Numbered from the stretch's first letter, positions 52,734-61,615 are shown. The stretch is DNA of 64,000 nt from Zoogloea oleivorans (GCA_030157785.1 JAOAUC010000046.1:45713-109712); one strand, 5' to 3'. Made by a program: numbers and translations. The notes: generated by a model not told the origin, from the sequence alone.

Positions 52734-52997
52734 TCATTTCCAATTTTTTGCGACGCGGCCAATCGATTCGATGATGGCGGGCTGCACGACCTTGAAGCCG
52801 GCGGGAAGGTGGGCCGGATTTTTGGTCTTGAGGAATTGCGTCAGCTTCGCGATTTCGGCTTCGGCCTGCTTCGCCTGGACACGCTCGGCCGCCGGAACTT
52901 GGTGAGCACCGTATCCATCGATGCGATTCGCCGGGCCGCTAAGGTCCAGCAGACGGCGGGCGGCTGCCGCCATTTGGTCGTGAAGGGAATCAGCCAT
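52734..52997 (-). CDS. Hypothetical protein
   Basis: MADSLHDQ start overlaps the upstream stop. Confidence 0.5.
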   Translation of the reverse strand: MADSLHDQMAAAARRLLDLSGPANRIDGYGAHQVPAAERVQAKQAEAEIAKLTQFLKTKNPAHLPAGFKVVQPAIIESIGRVAKNWK

Positions 52998-53637
52998 TTG
53001 CGACCGCCGGCCGGAAGGTGATGCCGGGGACCGCGGGGCGGGGGGCAAAGTCCTCGGGCAGGGCCGACGCATCACGGGTGCGCAGGAAGGTGCCCAAGGT
53101 TTCCACCTCGGCGGCAAGCCGGGCCTGCTCGTCCCGAAGGTCCGCGGAGCGCTGGGCGTTTTCGTCCGCGAGTTTCTTCGTCAGCCCGGTGATCTCGGCG
53201 GCCGAAAGTCCCGCTGTTTCGTATTTTGCGCGGGCGGCCCCGGCGATGCCCGCCACGTATGCAATTTCGGCGGGGAGGTTCGCGAGCCGTTCGGTGCCTT
53301 CGAGGACACGCCGACCGGCTTCCGTTACGAGGGGCGCCAGGCGCTCACGCTCGGCGGCTTCGGCTTCCTGCACCTTCTCGGAGATGAAAGCCAGGTTCGC
53401 GAAAAGCTCGCCGAACTCTTCGGCCAGCATCGCAAGCGCATCGACCACCCGGCCCGGGTGCCGTTGAGCGGCGAGGAAGCAAATTGCCACCGGGCCGATG
53501 TCGGTCAAATTGGTGCGCAGGCGGGACAGCAGGGCGTCGGCAGCGGCCATTGATGCCGGATCAGCGCGCAGGGTTCGCGCGTCCGCAGCGAGGTCGGCGG
53601 GAGAGTATTCGTTGTTCTTGTCGGTGGTGGCGGACAT
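52990..53637 (-). CDS. Hypothetical coiled-coil protein
   Basis: 215-aa Ala/Glu/Arg-rich ORF directly downstream of repeated promoter motif A. Confidence 0.65.
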   Translation of the reverse strand: MSATTDKNNEYSPADLAADARTLRADPASMAAADALLSRLRTNLTDIGPVAICFLAAQRHPGRVVDALAMLAEEFGELFANLAFISEKVQEAEAAERERLAPLVTEAGRRVLEGTERLANLPAEIAYVAGIAGAARAKYETAGLSAAEITGLTKKLADENAQRSADLRDEQARLAAEVETLGTFLRTRDASALPEDFAPRPAVPGITFRPAVANG

Positions 53638-53651
53638 TTCGGGGCCTTCGA

Positions 53652-53708
53652 GTTGAAAAACTCGATTATTGGGGCTCGAAACTTGATTAAATCGGGCGTT
53701 TTCCGGGT
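53652..53708 (-). promoter_or_regulatory. Repeated promoter-like motif, copy A
   Basis: ACCCGGAAAACGCCCGATTTAATCAAG...AATAAT, with GGAAAA 28 bp before the -10-like hexamer. Confidence 0.6.
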
Positions 53709-53739
53709 CTGTTGCGAGCCTCCCCGGGGCGACGCCTTT

Positions 53740-54465
53740 CTACGGGGTGTCGTTCCAGAATTTATTGACCTGCACTACGACCGGGTAGCCGGACGGGTCA
53801 GAGGCATCACCGGGCGTTCCCTGGCCGTCGTTTGGATCCGCATCGGCTGGGCCGTCGTAGAGCGGAATCGAGGCCTTCAGGGTCAGATCGATGACCAGCA
53901 TCGTTAGGTTCTTCGCATCGGTTGGGATGGAGCTCGCGGGGGCGTCGGGCGACTCCACCTGCACCGGCCATTCCGTGGCCACGCCGGCATGCGTGAAGGT
54001 CGCCGGGAAGCGCCGACCGTGCACCGTGTCCAGGTACAGCAGGAACTGCGAGGCAATAGAACTGGCGGTACCGGGGTCGTGGGAGAAGATAGCGACCTGC
54101 GCCCGAATGTCGCCGGCCGCCACCCGCAGCCCGAAAAGCCGTTCCTTCGCATCACCCGGAATCATCACCGGCACGCTGTCGGCGATCTGGCGCGTGAAGT
54201 CCCGGCCGGTGGGCATGTAGTCCTTGGCCATGGCGACCAAAACAACAGGCATTTCCGGCGGCGCCGTGGTCGCACTGTCGGTGTCGTTCTTCTGCCAGGC
54301 TGCAAGCATCTCCTCTGCGGCATCAATCATGCGGGCGGGAGCCCAAAGAATCGATTTCTTGAGCCCTCGCGTCGTGAATTGCTGCAGGGCTGGCGTGGTA
54401 GGGACCAAAGAGGCGTAAAAAGCCCCCATAAAGCCCCCGAATCCAATGTGGACAGGTTTGAGCAT
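53740..54465 (-). CDS. Putative phage tail-terminator/neck-like protein
   Basis: MPVVLVAM..IRAQVAIF..ASSIASQFLLYL..LVIDLTLKASIP alternating beta/alpha pattern; fold assignment is inference. Confidence 0.45.
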   Translation of the reverse strand: MLKPVHIGFGGFMGAFYASLVPTTPALQQFTTRGLKKSILWAPARMIDAAEEMLAAWQKNDTDSATTAPPEMPVVLVAMAKDYMPTGRDFTRQIADSVPVMIPGDAKERLFGLRVAAGDIRAQVAIFSHDPGTASSIASQFLLYLDTVHGRRFPATFTHAGVATEWPVQVESPDAPASSIPTDAKNLTMLVIDLTLKASIPLYDGPADADPNDGQGTPGDASDPSGYPVVVQVNKFWNDTP

Positions 54466-55043
54466 GGCGCGAAACCGTTGAAAGTCGAGGTCTCGATAAT
54501 GTCGGCGGGGACGAGGTGGGGAATGGCTGGATTTCCCGAAGTCGCTATCCGGCAAGATGTGAATGGCCGCAACCACTCTCCGAAATCGGAGACTGCCCCT
54601 TGGCCGAGACTCCGGAAGCCGAAAACACCCAGAATTTGGGTAGTTTCGCAGTGGCTACCGCCAAGGGCCGATGAACCCGGGGAATCGGCTTTCCATTCGC
54701 CGGCTTATCCGGTCGGGGCTACCAGGCTGCGTCGACGGCTGGTGAAACGGCCCTGATTTAAATTCAGGGCATGCGCTTTGGCTCGATTCGCAGCCCTTCG
54801 CGCACTGCGAAACCTACGGTAATGTACGGTGAATCTTGGGCATTCTGAGCTTTCACTGGTCGCCTTTTTGGCCGCGTTATTACGGGAATTTCCCGTAGTT
54901 TCCCCAGTGTTCGCGCGGGATTGAGGCGGATCGAAGGTTTCCGCGGAAGCGGGGAGAAACTTTCGCAAATCGGGAAACTTTCGCACCGCTTTTCCACCGC
55001 CATGGATCAGCCTTGGTGGCGCGGTTTCGGACGGCTTGACCAG

Positions 55044-55838
55044 TCAAAGGGCTGCGGTTTTGAAGTTGGCCCAGATGCCGCGATCAAGCGCGGTCAGGGT
55101 GCAAAGGGTCATGGGGATCAGCTGCTCAACGAAGCGGCCATTTCGGTCAATCGGAGCGTTGAGTGGCTGGCCAATGCTTTCGATCACCAGAGGAAAATAG
55201 GTGCGGCCTTTGTATTTCATGGCGATCCGGATCGGTGCGCGGGACGGCATCAGGGCCTCGATGAAATTCATGTCGCCCTTGGCGGTTTTGGCGAGCCTGG
55301 CCAGCACTGAGCCGTCCTTGGATAGCTCCACGGGCAAGGCCCATTCCATCAGCTTGGCCACCGGCGTTTCTACCTCTTTGACCGGGTCACTCCACGCCTT
55401 GAATACAGCCACGACCTGAAACTTGACCGGCGCCATGCCGCTGAAAACCTGCGTGCTGTTCAGCAACGTGATGCCGGTTCGCCCCTCGAACTGCTTGAGG
55501 AAGTCACCGGATTTCTTTTGTGCAGCGGCGCCATCGGCACCCGTTCTGCCCATGTAGGCGGCATCGACAATCGGCTGCAAGGCCCCGGACTGCAGCATCG
55601 CCATCAGGGCCGGCGCCTTCGTCTCGGGTCCAGACTGCTCGAAGGCGCTTTGCCAGTTCAAGGCCATCTCCATGGACGCCTCCGTGAACGGTGCGACTAC
55701 GGTCGCCGGATCGGTCTTGTCCGTCCGCTTCCACACGCCGTTTTCGTTGTCCACCTCGAAGAAATGCGCAAGAAGGTGCGGAGAAAGCCCCTTCCAGTTC
55801 GATTTCAGTTCCGTTTCCGTTAGGCTGGGTGCGCTCAT
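55044..55838 (-). CDS. Putative contractile-tail tube-initiator/baseplate-like protein
   Basis: QVFSGMAPVKFQVVAVFKAW..KEVE.....EWALP...P..IAMKY....LVIESI resembles the T4 gp48/gp54-type pattern (inference). Confidence 0.5.
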   Translation of the reverse strand: MSAPSLTETELKSNWKGLSPHLLAHFFEVDNENGVWKRTDKTDPATVVAPFTEASMEMALNWQSAFEQSGPETKAPALMAMLQSGALQPIVDAAYMGRTGADGAAAQKKSGDFLKQFEGRTGITLLNSTQVFSGMAPVKFQVVAVFKAWSDPVKEVETPVAKLMEWALPVELSKDGSVLARLAKTAKGDMNFIEALMPSRAPIRIAMKYKGRTYFPLVIESIGQPLNAPIDRNGRFVEQLIPMTLCTLTALDRGIWANFKTAAL

Positions 55839-56170
55839 GCTTCACCGCCCTCGGAATCGGCGCTGGAGGAGGCGATCATCACCGGGGTGGCGGGTTCTGC
55901 GATGGCCTGGCGAATCCCCTCAAGGGCGACGATGCAGGCGTGCAGAGCACCGCGCACGGCTTCTGTGCCCGAAGAGCCCGCGGCAACCGCTTGGGCCTCG
56001 GCGGCCGCGATGACGTCCTCCGGCGTGGCCACGGAGACGATCTGGCGCAGGGTGTCGACGCAGGCGCAGGCCAGCCCACGAGCGATTCCGTCGGTGGTGG
56101 TGTCGCCGTGGAGGGGGCGCCCGCTCATCGCGAGATTGGCCGGACGGTGTTCGTTTTTGGCGGTGATCAC
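55835..56170 (-). CDS. Hypothetical protein
   Basis: Overlaps the next start by 4 bp; downstream of promoter motif B; start uncertain. Confidence 0.5.
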   Translation of the reverse strand: MITAKNEHRPANLAMSGRPLHGDTTTDGIARGLACACVDTLRQIVSVATPEDVIAAAEAQAVAAGSSGTEAVRGALHACIVALEGIRQAIAEPATPVMIASSSADSEGGEA

Positions 56171-56184
56171 AACAGCCTCGCAAT

Positions 56185-56240
56185 CTTGAAAGCTTGATTT
56201 TGCGGGCCGAAAATTCGATTAAATCTGCCGTTTTCCGGGT
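56185..56240 (-). promoter_or_regulatory. Repeated promoter-like motif, copy B
   Basis: ACCCGGAAAACGGCAGATTTAATCGAA...CAAAAT, same 28-bp spacing as copy A. Confidence 0.6.
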
Positions 56241-56272
56241 TTTCTTCCGGTCCAGTCCCCTAGCGCAAGTAG

Positions 56273-56659
56273 CTAGGTGCGCTGGCCCAGCAGCCAGGCG
56301 CTTGCCTCGTTGCTCGCCAGGCTGTTGTCGTGCTTGTCGGGGTGGCACAGCCGAACCAGCCGCGCCAGCATCTGCGGAGCGATGACCGCCTCGGCGCTTG
56401 CCGGTGTCGCTTCGCGCAACCGGTTGGCGGTGAAGCGAAGAGTGCTCAATTCCTCCTGAATGCGCTGCAAGTCATCCCGAAGTCGGAGGTTTGCATCCGT
56501 CAGAAACCGGACGCGGTCTTGCATCTTTCGGTACGTCACGGGCGGCTGCTTGAACTGGGCCAGCTCGACTTCCAGGGCGCTGATCTTCTCCTCCATGGCC
56601 CGCACGGCCCTGATGCCGGCGCGCTTGGGCTTGGAGGTATCACCGGATGGTTTTTGCAT
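56273..56659 (-). CDS. Coiled-coil protein with C-terminal J-domain-like HPD motif
   Basis: LVRLCHPDKH..ASNEASAWL. Confidence 0.6.
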   Translation of the reverse strand: MQKPSGDTSKPKRAGIRAVRAMEEKISALEVELAQFKQPPVTYRKMQDRVRFLTDANLRLRDDLQRIQEELSTLRFTANRLREATPASAEAVIAPQMLARLVRLCHPDKHDNSLASNEASAWLLGQRT

Positions 56660-57237
56660 TATTGGTCGTCCTCATCGCGCAACAGGCCACGCTCCTCCAT
56701 AATCCGTCTGTTTCGCGCCCGAGATTCGGCCATCCTGGCCGTGAAAAGCTCGCCGAGTTTTTCGTAATCGGGGCCCTGCACCGTCACGGACGATTCGACG
56801 TCTTGCTTGTCTCGCCACTTGTCGGGCTGGCGGTTTTTCAGCCAGAAAATCATTGCCGATACGCTTGGCGGAACCTGCCTGACCTCGGTTGTCCGCACAG
56901 TTCCATCGTCGCCGCTGACGGTCTTGGTGTCGGTGACCGTGTGCCCGCCCGTGGCGGCCTTGTAGAGGCCCTCGGCAACGTGCGCATCTGCCACCGCCTT
57001 ACCTGCCCTTATGGACTCCGAAAAATCCTTATGGCGCTGTTTCCATAAGTGAAAAGTGGATTCGGCGACTCCGAAGAACTCGGCCATCTGAAGGTCCGTG
57101 AAACCCAGAAGAGCAAGCCGACGTGCCTGCTCCGCGTGGGCGGCCTGGTAGGCGGTGGGGCGGCCACGCTTGGGCGCTGCCTTGACCTTCCGGGCCCGCG
57201 GTTTAACCGGGGGTGATTTCTTGTCGGACATGTTCAA
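56659..57237 (-). CDS. Terminase small subunit-like DNA-packaging protein
   Basis: GRPTAY..LGFTD..MAEFFGVAESTF..WK..H.DF....AGK..AD..VA..LYK.A.G..PP...AMIFWLKNR.P.KWRD. Confidence 0.8.
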   Translation of the reverse strand: MNMSDKKSPPVKPRARKVKAAPKRGRPTAYQAAHAEQARRLALLGFTDLQMAEFFGVAESTFHLWKQRHKDFSESIRAGKAVADAHVAEGLYKAATGGHTVTDTKTVSGDDGTVRTTEVRQVPPSVSAMIFWLKNRQPDKWRDKQDVESSVTVQGPDYEKLGELFTARMAESRARNRRIMEERGLLRDEDDQ

Positions 57238-57427
57238 ACTCCGGGATTGCCTTGATGCCGTCGTCCAGCAGTTCCTCGATGAACGCGCGGGTTATGGGGT
57301 CCGCCTTGGCGGTAACTGCCAGCGCTCCAGAGCGGAAAAGTTCGGCGAACGTAAGGATCACGTCCACGCAGGAATTGCCGGTTTCGTAGTGGGAAAGCAT
57401 TTTGAATCTCCTTGTTCTGGGTGATCG

Positions 57428-57742
57428 TCAAAAATTGAACCCGGCCGCGGCCATGGCCTTCGTCAGCTCCTCGGGTGCAATGCACGCGGCGGCATCGCGG
57501 CACAGGTCGCGAAGGCGTTCGGACTGCTCGCCCTTTGCGAAAATGGTTTCGAGAAGGTCCCGATCACGCCATCCGCCGCGGGCCGCCGCGTCCAAGAGGG
57601 CGCCGAACATCGCCCGCCCCCTCAGTCGGGCCCCGGGCTCGCAGCTGTGAGCGGCGTCGCCAGCGATGGCTATCAACCCGGCCGTGTTGAACATCACTTG
57701 GCCGTCGATCTCTCGGGTGAAGTCTGCGTATTTATTTATCAT
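57428..57742 (-). CDS. Hypothetical protein
   Basis: Translationally coupled ORF in the satellite operon. Confidence 0.55.
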   Translation of the reverse strand: MINKYADFTREIDGQVMFNTAGLIAIAGDAAHSCEPGARLRGRAMFGALLDAAARGGWRDRDLLETIFAKGEQSERLRDLCRDAAACIAPEELTKAMAAAGFNF

Positions 57743-58332
57743 TTTATCTTCCTCGGTGGTGTAGCCAGTTTTAGGCGAAGCCGACGCTCCGCGGCCAGGG
57801 CGGCGGCAGTCGTTTTCTTGAGCCGGTCGGCCGCCGCGTTGAGAATCGACCCACCCTGCAGATCAAGAAACGCGTCCCCGTTCAAATCCGCGAGCCGAAA
57901 AATCGCGTCAATCACGCCCTGCGCGTCTCGTTGAATAGCTGGAATCACAGCCGTGGCCGCTTCAATCTTCTTCTGCAACGCAATGATCGCCTGAAGATCG
58001 CGCGACCGCATGCGGTCCCACTGGTCAAGCAAGTGGGGCGTCATGCCCCGCGGCACCCCGGCCTCGAAGTCGTCCGACAGGCCGAAAAGGTATTCGGTGG
58101 AAACCTCGTAGACACGAGCCGCATCGCGGATCAGGCGGATAGGAACCGAGTTCGTATCCGTGGCATTCTCGACTTTTGACAACTTGCTCGGATTCGCGTA
58201 GCCAAGCCGGCGCGCCGCTTCGGACAGGGACAGATTGCACAGTTCCCGCGAGGCCTTCAGGCGCAGGCCGATGGTCTTAACCAGCTCTGCCTGCGCGTGT
58301 CGGACCGGCGGGGCTTCGTGGATTATTCGCAT
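57739..58332 (-). CDS. XRE-family HTH protein
   Basis: IGLRLKASRE..LSLSEAARRLGY..SKLSKVE..AARVYEVSTEYLFG. Confidence 0.8.
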   Translation of the reverse strand: MRIIHEAPPVRHAQAELVKTIGLRLKASRELCNLSLSEAARRLGYANPSKLSKVENATDTNSVPIRLIRDAARVYEVSTEYLFGLSDDFEAGVPRGMTPHLLDQWDRMRSRDLQAIIALQKKIEAATAVIPAIQRDAQGVIDAIFRLADLNGDAFLDLQGGSILNAAADRLKKTTAAALAAERRLRLKLATPPRKIK

Positions 58333-58369
58333 GTATTTATCCTTCCTTGGCTCGTTGCCGACGGCGGCA

Positions 58370-58603
58370 TCAGTGGGAAACTTCCTTGTCGTCGTCCCCG
58401 TACAGGTGCGAGCCAAGCTCCTCCGCCAGAGCCCCGACGAGCACGCGAATTTGTTGATGAAACTCGCCGATTATCGTTTCGGCGACCTGGTGCGCGAGGT
58501 TCGGGGCAGCACCGAAGGTCTCGACAAACACGCCAGCAAGCGCGTCGACTTCGGCGCTGATGGCTTTTTCATCGGCGGGAGGGAGAGGGAAGGTGGTATT
58601 CAT
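58370..58603 (-). CDS. Hypothetical protein
   Basis: MNTTFPLPP ORF in the same operon. Confidence 0.5.
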   Translation of the reverse strand: MNTTFPLPPADEKAISAEVDALAGVFVETFGAAPNLAHQVAETIIGEFHQQIRVLVGALAEELGSHLYGDDDKEVSH

Positions 58604-58685
58604 TTTGCGTCTTTCGTTTGTTCGATATTGTGATGTTGCGGGGGCTGCAAAGCCGCGCTGCGGCAGGGTTTCCGGGAAATGGTCG

Positions 58686-60068
58686 TCAGGCGTCAAACCC
58701 CTTTCGGGCCGCCGTTTTTGGTACGGCTGTAGGCGCCGGGTAGGACCCTTCGTAATCGCTGAAGCGCATCAGGGGACCGTCGAGCTTCAACAGGCATTCC
58801 CCGGTTGGGCCGTTGCGGTTCTTGCGGATCAGCAGTTCCGCAATGCCTTCCCATTCCGGCGCCGCTCGGTGCAGGGACTCCCGGTGAAGCATTGCCACGA
58901 TGTCCGCATCCTGCTCGATCTCGCCGGAGTCGCGCAGGTCGGCAAGCACAGGCCGCTTGTCGCCGGTCCGTGCCTCGCTGCCCCGATTGAGTTGGGCGAG
59001 CGCGATAACTGGAACCTTCAGCTCCTTGGCCAGTGCTTTCAGTCCGCGGGAGATCGAACCAATTTCCTGTGTTCGGTTATCCCCCTTGCCGTGCATCAGC
59101 TGCAAAAAGTCGATCACCACCAGCCCCAAGCCGTGGGCGCGCTGAATGCGACGGCACTTGGATCTGACGTATGCGACGGTGACGGACTGCGCGTCATCCA
59201 CGAACAACTTCCACGCCGCGGTCGCGGCCGCCGCTGCGGTCATGGCGTCCCAGTGGTCGCGCTCCCCTGTGCCTGCTCGCATCGCCTGCACAGTCACCCC
59301 GGACCCGGCGGCCAGGATGCGGGCGGCGATCTCGCGACGGCCCATTTCCAGCGTAAAAAATAGCACCGGCACGCCGGCCGCGGCGACGTAGGCGGCGGCG
59401 TTGCAGCCGATTATTGTTTTGCCCACCGCCGGCCGGGCGGCGACGATCACCAGTTGCCCCGGTTCAAGTCCTCCAGTCAATTCATCGAAGCGCCGGAAGC
59501 CCGTGGCGAGGCCCGCTAGATCGCCGCCACGCTCGCGGCGCTCCTCCACGTCCGCCAGGACATCGCAAAGGGCGTCCTGAAGGCGTACAGGGTCGGTGTC
59601 GCTGTGGTCCAACAGTGACAGCATGCCGGCCTCGGCCTCTGCGGCGATTTGGGCGGGTGTTCTGCCTGCAGGACAAGCGCAGGCGTCCAGGGTGTCGGCG
59701 GAGATCTGCTGCAGGCCTCGCAGGATTGCCCGCTCCCGGATCGTTGCGGCGTACTGACGGGCGTTGCCAGCAAAGAAGCCACCGTTGCCCAGTTCGCCAA
59801 GGTACGCGATGCCGCCGGCCTGCGCGGCTTCACCGCGGGCAGTCAAAGCATCAGAGACGGTCACGATATCAACCGCCTTGCCGGCGTCGTGCAGAGCCTT
59901 CGCTGCGCTGAAAATTCGGCGATGGTCGTCTCTGTAAAAATCAGAAGCACTGACGGTGCCTTCGATGCGATCAAGGACGTTACTGCCGTTGGTCAGGATC
60001 GCGCCAAGCAGGCCTTGCTCGGCCTCGATGGACTGGGGAGGCAGGTTGCGCAGGTCGGGGCCGTTCAT
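58686..60068 (-). CDS. dnaB: Replicative DnaB-like helicase (mobile-element copy)
   Basis: PPQSIEAEQ, AARPAVGKT, IDFLQLM, LAQLNR, DLRDSGEIEQDAD, KNRNGP. Confidence 0.93.
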   Translation of the reverse strand: MNGPDLRNLPPQSIEAEQGLLGAILTNGSNVLDRIEGTVSASDFYRDDHRRIFSAAKALHDAGKAVDIVTVSDALTARGEAAQAGGIAYLGELGNGGFFAGNARQYAATIRERAILRGLQQISADTLDACACPAGRTPAQIAAEAEAGMLSLLDHSDTDPVRLQDALCDVLADVEERRERGGDLAGLATGFRRFDELTGGLEPGQLVIVAARPAVGKTIIGCNAAAYVAAAGVPVLFFTLEMGRREIAARILAAGSGVTVQAMRAGTGERDHWDAMTAAAAATAAWKLFVDDAQSVTVAYVRSKCRRIQRAHGLGLVVIDFLQLMHGKGDNRTQEIGSISRGLKALAKELKVPVIALAQLNRGSEARTGDKRPVLADLRDSGEIEQDADIVAMLHRESLHRAAPEWEGIAELLIRKNRNGPTGECLLKLDGPLMRFSDYEGSYPAPTAVPKTAARKGFDA

Positions 60069-60889
60069 GCTGCAGCCCTCCGTGCTTGCTCACCAGCCGT
60101 GGTCCACCGGGCATCCTCACCGTCCTTCAGGAACCAGAGCCCATACCAATTCCGACGAACTGCGTCGCGGAAGTGGGCTGGCCAGTCCTTTTTCTTCTTG
60201 TCGGCCAACACCCTGATTTTGAACTCGCTCCAAGCAACTGCAACCATCTCCTCTGAGATACCGACTTTTTGGGCGTAATCAAAAATCGGATCGTCGCCTG
60301 AGATTGCCTGCTTGTTCTCGGCGATACAGCTTTCCAAAAATGTCTGCAGTGTTGCATCCACCTTGCGACCCCTCTTTCTGGGAGATAGGTTGGTTTGTTC
60401 ACTGGTTTCTTCTTTGCGTGTAGCCGAATCGGCGAGGGTTGAAGAAGCCGAATCGGCAACCGTTGCCGAAAGGGCTACCGTTGCCTGATCGGCTACACGC
60501 ATGCCCCTCGCCGAATCGGCTACCGTTGCCTGTTCGGCTACCGTTGCCGAATCGGCGATGGTTTCGGGGACTGTGATCGTGTAGCGGGTCGCCTTCGAGT
60601 GGCCACCTTTTCCATCCTTCAGGATCCACCCGAGACCTTCGAGCGCCGTTGTGGCGGACGAGACGTTGGCGATGTGCACGCCGGATCGATCAGCGATCAG
60701 TTGCCGACGAGGCCAGCAGGTACGGCTTTCTGGTGTGCAAAAAGACAGGAGGGCGCCCAGGACACGAAGCTGTTCGAGGGTCAGGCGGCGGTCAGCCCAC
60801 ACCTGGTTGGGCACGATGGTGAACGACATGAGGCGTGAGCTATCGTCCCCAAGGCTGCCGGCGGCATTGGGTGGCTGCGGCGCAGTCAT
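60065..60889 (-). CDS. Phage-type replication initiator (N-terminal wHTH, internal repeats)
   Basis: CWPRRQLIADRSG..LEGLGWI wHTH; repeated ATVADSA linker; coupled to dnaB. Confidence 0.8.
   Translation of the reverse strand: MTAPQPPNAAGSLGDDSSRLMSFTIVPNQVWADRRLTLEQLRVLGALLSFCTPESRTCWPRRQLIADRSGVHIANVSSATTALEGLGWILKDGKGGHSKATRYTITVPETIADSATVAEQATVADSARGMRVADQATVALSATVADSASSTLADSATRKEETSEQTNLSPRKRGRKVDATLQTFLESCIAENKQAISGDDPIFDYAQKVGISEEMVAVAWSEFKIRVLADKKKKDWPAHFRDAVRRNWYGLWFLKDGEDARWTTAGEQARRAAA
60421..60558. repeat. Iteron-like ~18-bp repeats within rep (putative origin)
   Basis: Repeated GCTACCGTTGCCGAATCG variants with a GCCGAATCGGC palindromic core. Confidence 0.75.
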
Positions 60890-61079
60890 CCAATACCGCC
60901 GCTAGTGCCGCGGCGGTGAGGTCGTGCAGGAATGCGTAGCAGCGGCCCTCCCGACCCCAATAAATTGCGGGCGCTTCCAGGCAGACGCTGAATCCATATG
61001 GCCCGCGGATCGCGTCGTAATGCACGGGCCCGTGGAACTGGATCCTGAGGGTGGGAGTGGAGCTGTCGCGGGCCATCAT
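60840..61079 (-). CDS. Small hypothetical protein
   Basis: Overlaps the upstream stop at 61076-61079; in the Xis-Rep operon. Confidence 0.4.
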   Translation of the reverse strand: MMARDSSTPTLRIQFHGPVHYDAIRGPYGFSVCLEAPAIYWGREGRCYAFLHDLTAAALAAVLDDCAAATQCRRQPWGR

Positions 61080-61306
61080 TGAGCCCCTCGGCGTATGGAC
61101 GCCAGCCCACGCATAATCGGATCGACGAGACTGCCGGCAATGCCGGCCGCGGTGCCGTAATCCATGCCGCTGGAGAGGATTAGCAGGGCGCGCAGCTTCT
61201 CCGTGGCCTCGGCCTGGTTGCGGGCCCTGGCGATGGCATCGATGGTGTTTTCAGCCATGTTGCCGGCACGGCGCTCGGCGGCCATGGCGGGGGTATCCGG
61301 AGTCAT
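61076..61306 (-). CDS. Small hypothetical protein
   Basis: Between Xis and Rep. Confidence 0.5.
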   Translation of the reverse strand: MTPDTPAMAAERRAGNMAENTIDAIARARNQAEATEKLRALLILSSGMDYGTAAGIAGSLVDPIMRGLASIRRGAQ

Positions 61307-61315
61307 GATTACCCC

Positions 61316-61537
61316 CTACGCCGCCGCGCTGGTCGATTGGCGGGGGGCGCTCAGCTTGCGCGCGATCCAAGCGTCAAGGTCGGAAGCAAGGTAGACCGCG
61401 CGGCGGCCGAAGCGGCGGTAAACGGGGCCGCCGCCGACCGTCGCGAACTTCTGCAGGGTGTTTTTTGCGACCGGCAAGCCTTGCTTCCGGACGTATTCGG
61501 CCGCTTGGGCGCGGTCGAGGTAGATATCGGTAGTCAT
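61316..61537 (-). CDS. Excisionase-like DNA-binding protein
   Basis: YLDRAQAAEY..TLQKFATVGGGPVYRRFGRRAVYLASDLDAW. Confidence 0.85.
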   Translation of the reverse strand: MTTDIYLDRAQAAEYVRKQGLPVAKNTLQKFATVGGGPVYRRFGRRAVYLASDLDAWIARKLSAPRQSTSAAA

Positions 61538-61615
61538 CTCTGTTGATCTCCTGTTTCCCGCGGTTGCGGCATGGAGAGAGATGATCCGGATAGGCTAGGC
61601 CAACGTCACAGGGGG

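Noticed and set aside
60421-60558. CRISPR-like array
   Set aside because: Repeats are contiguous, in frame within rep and lack unique spacers; no cas genes in the window
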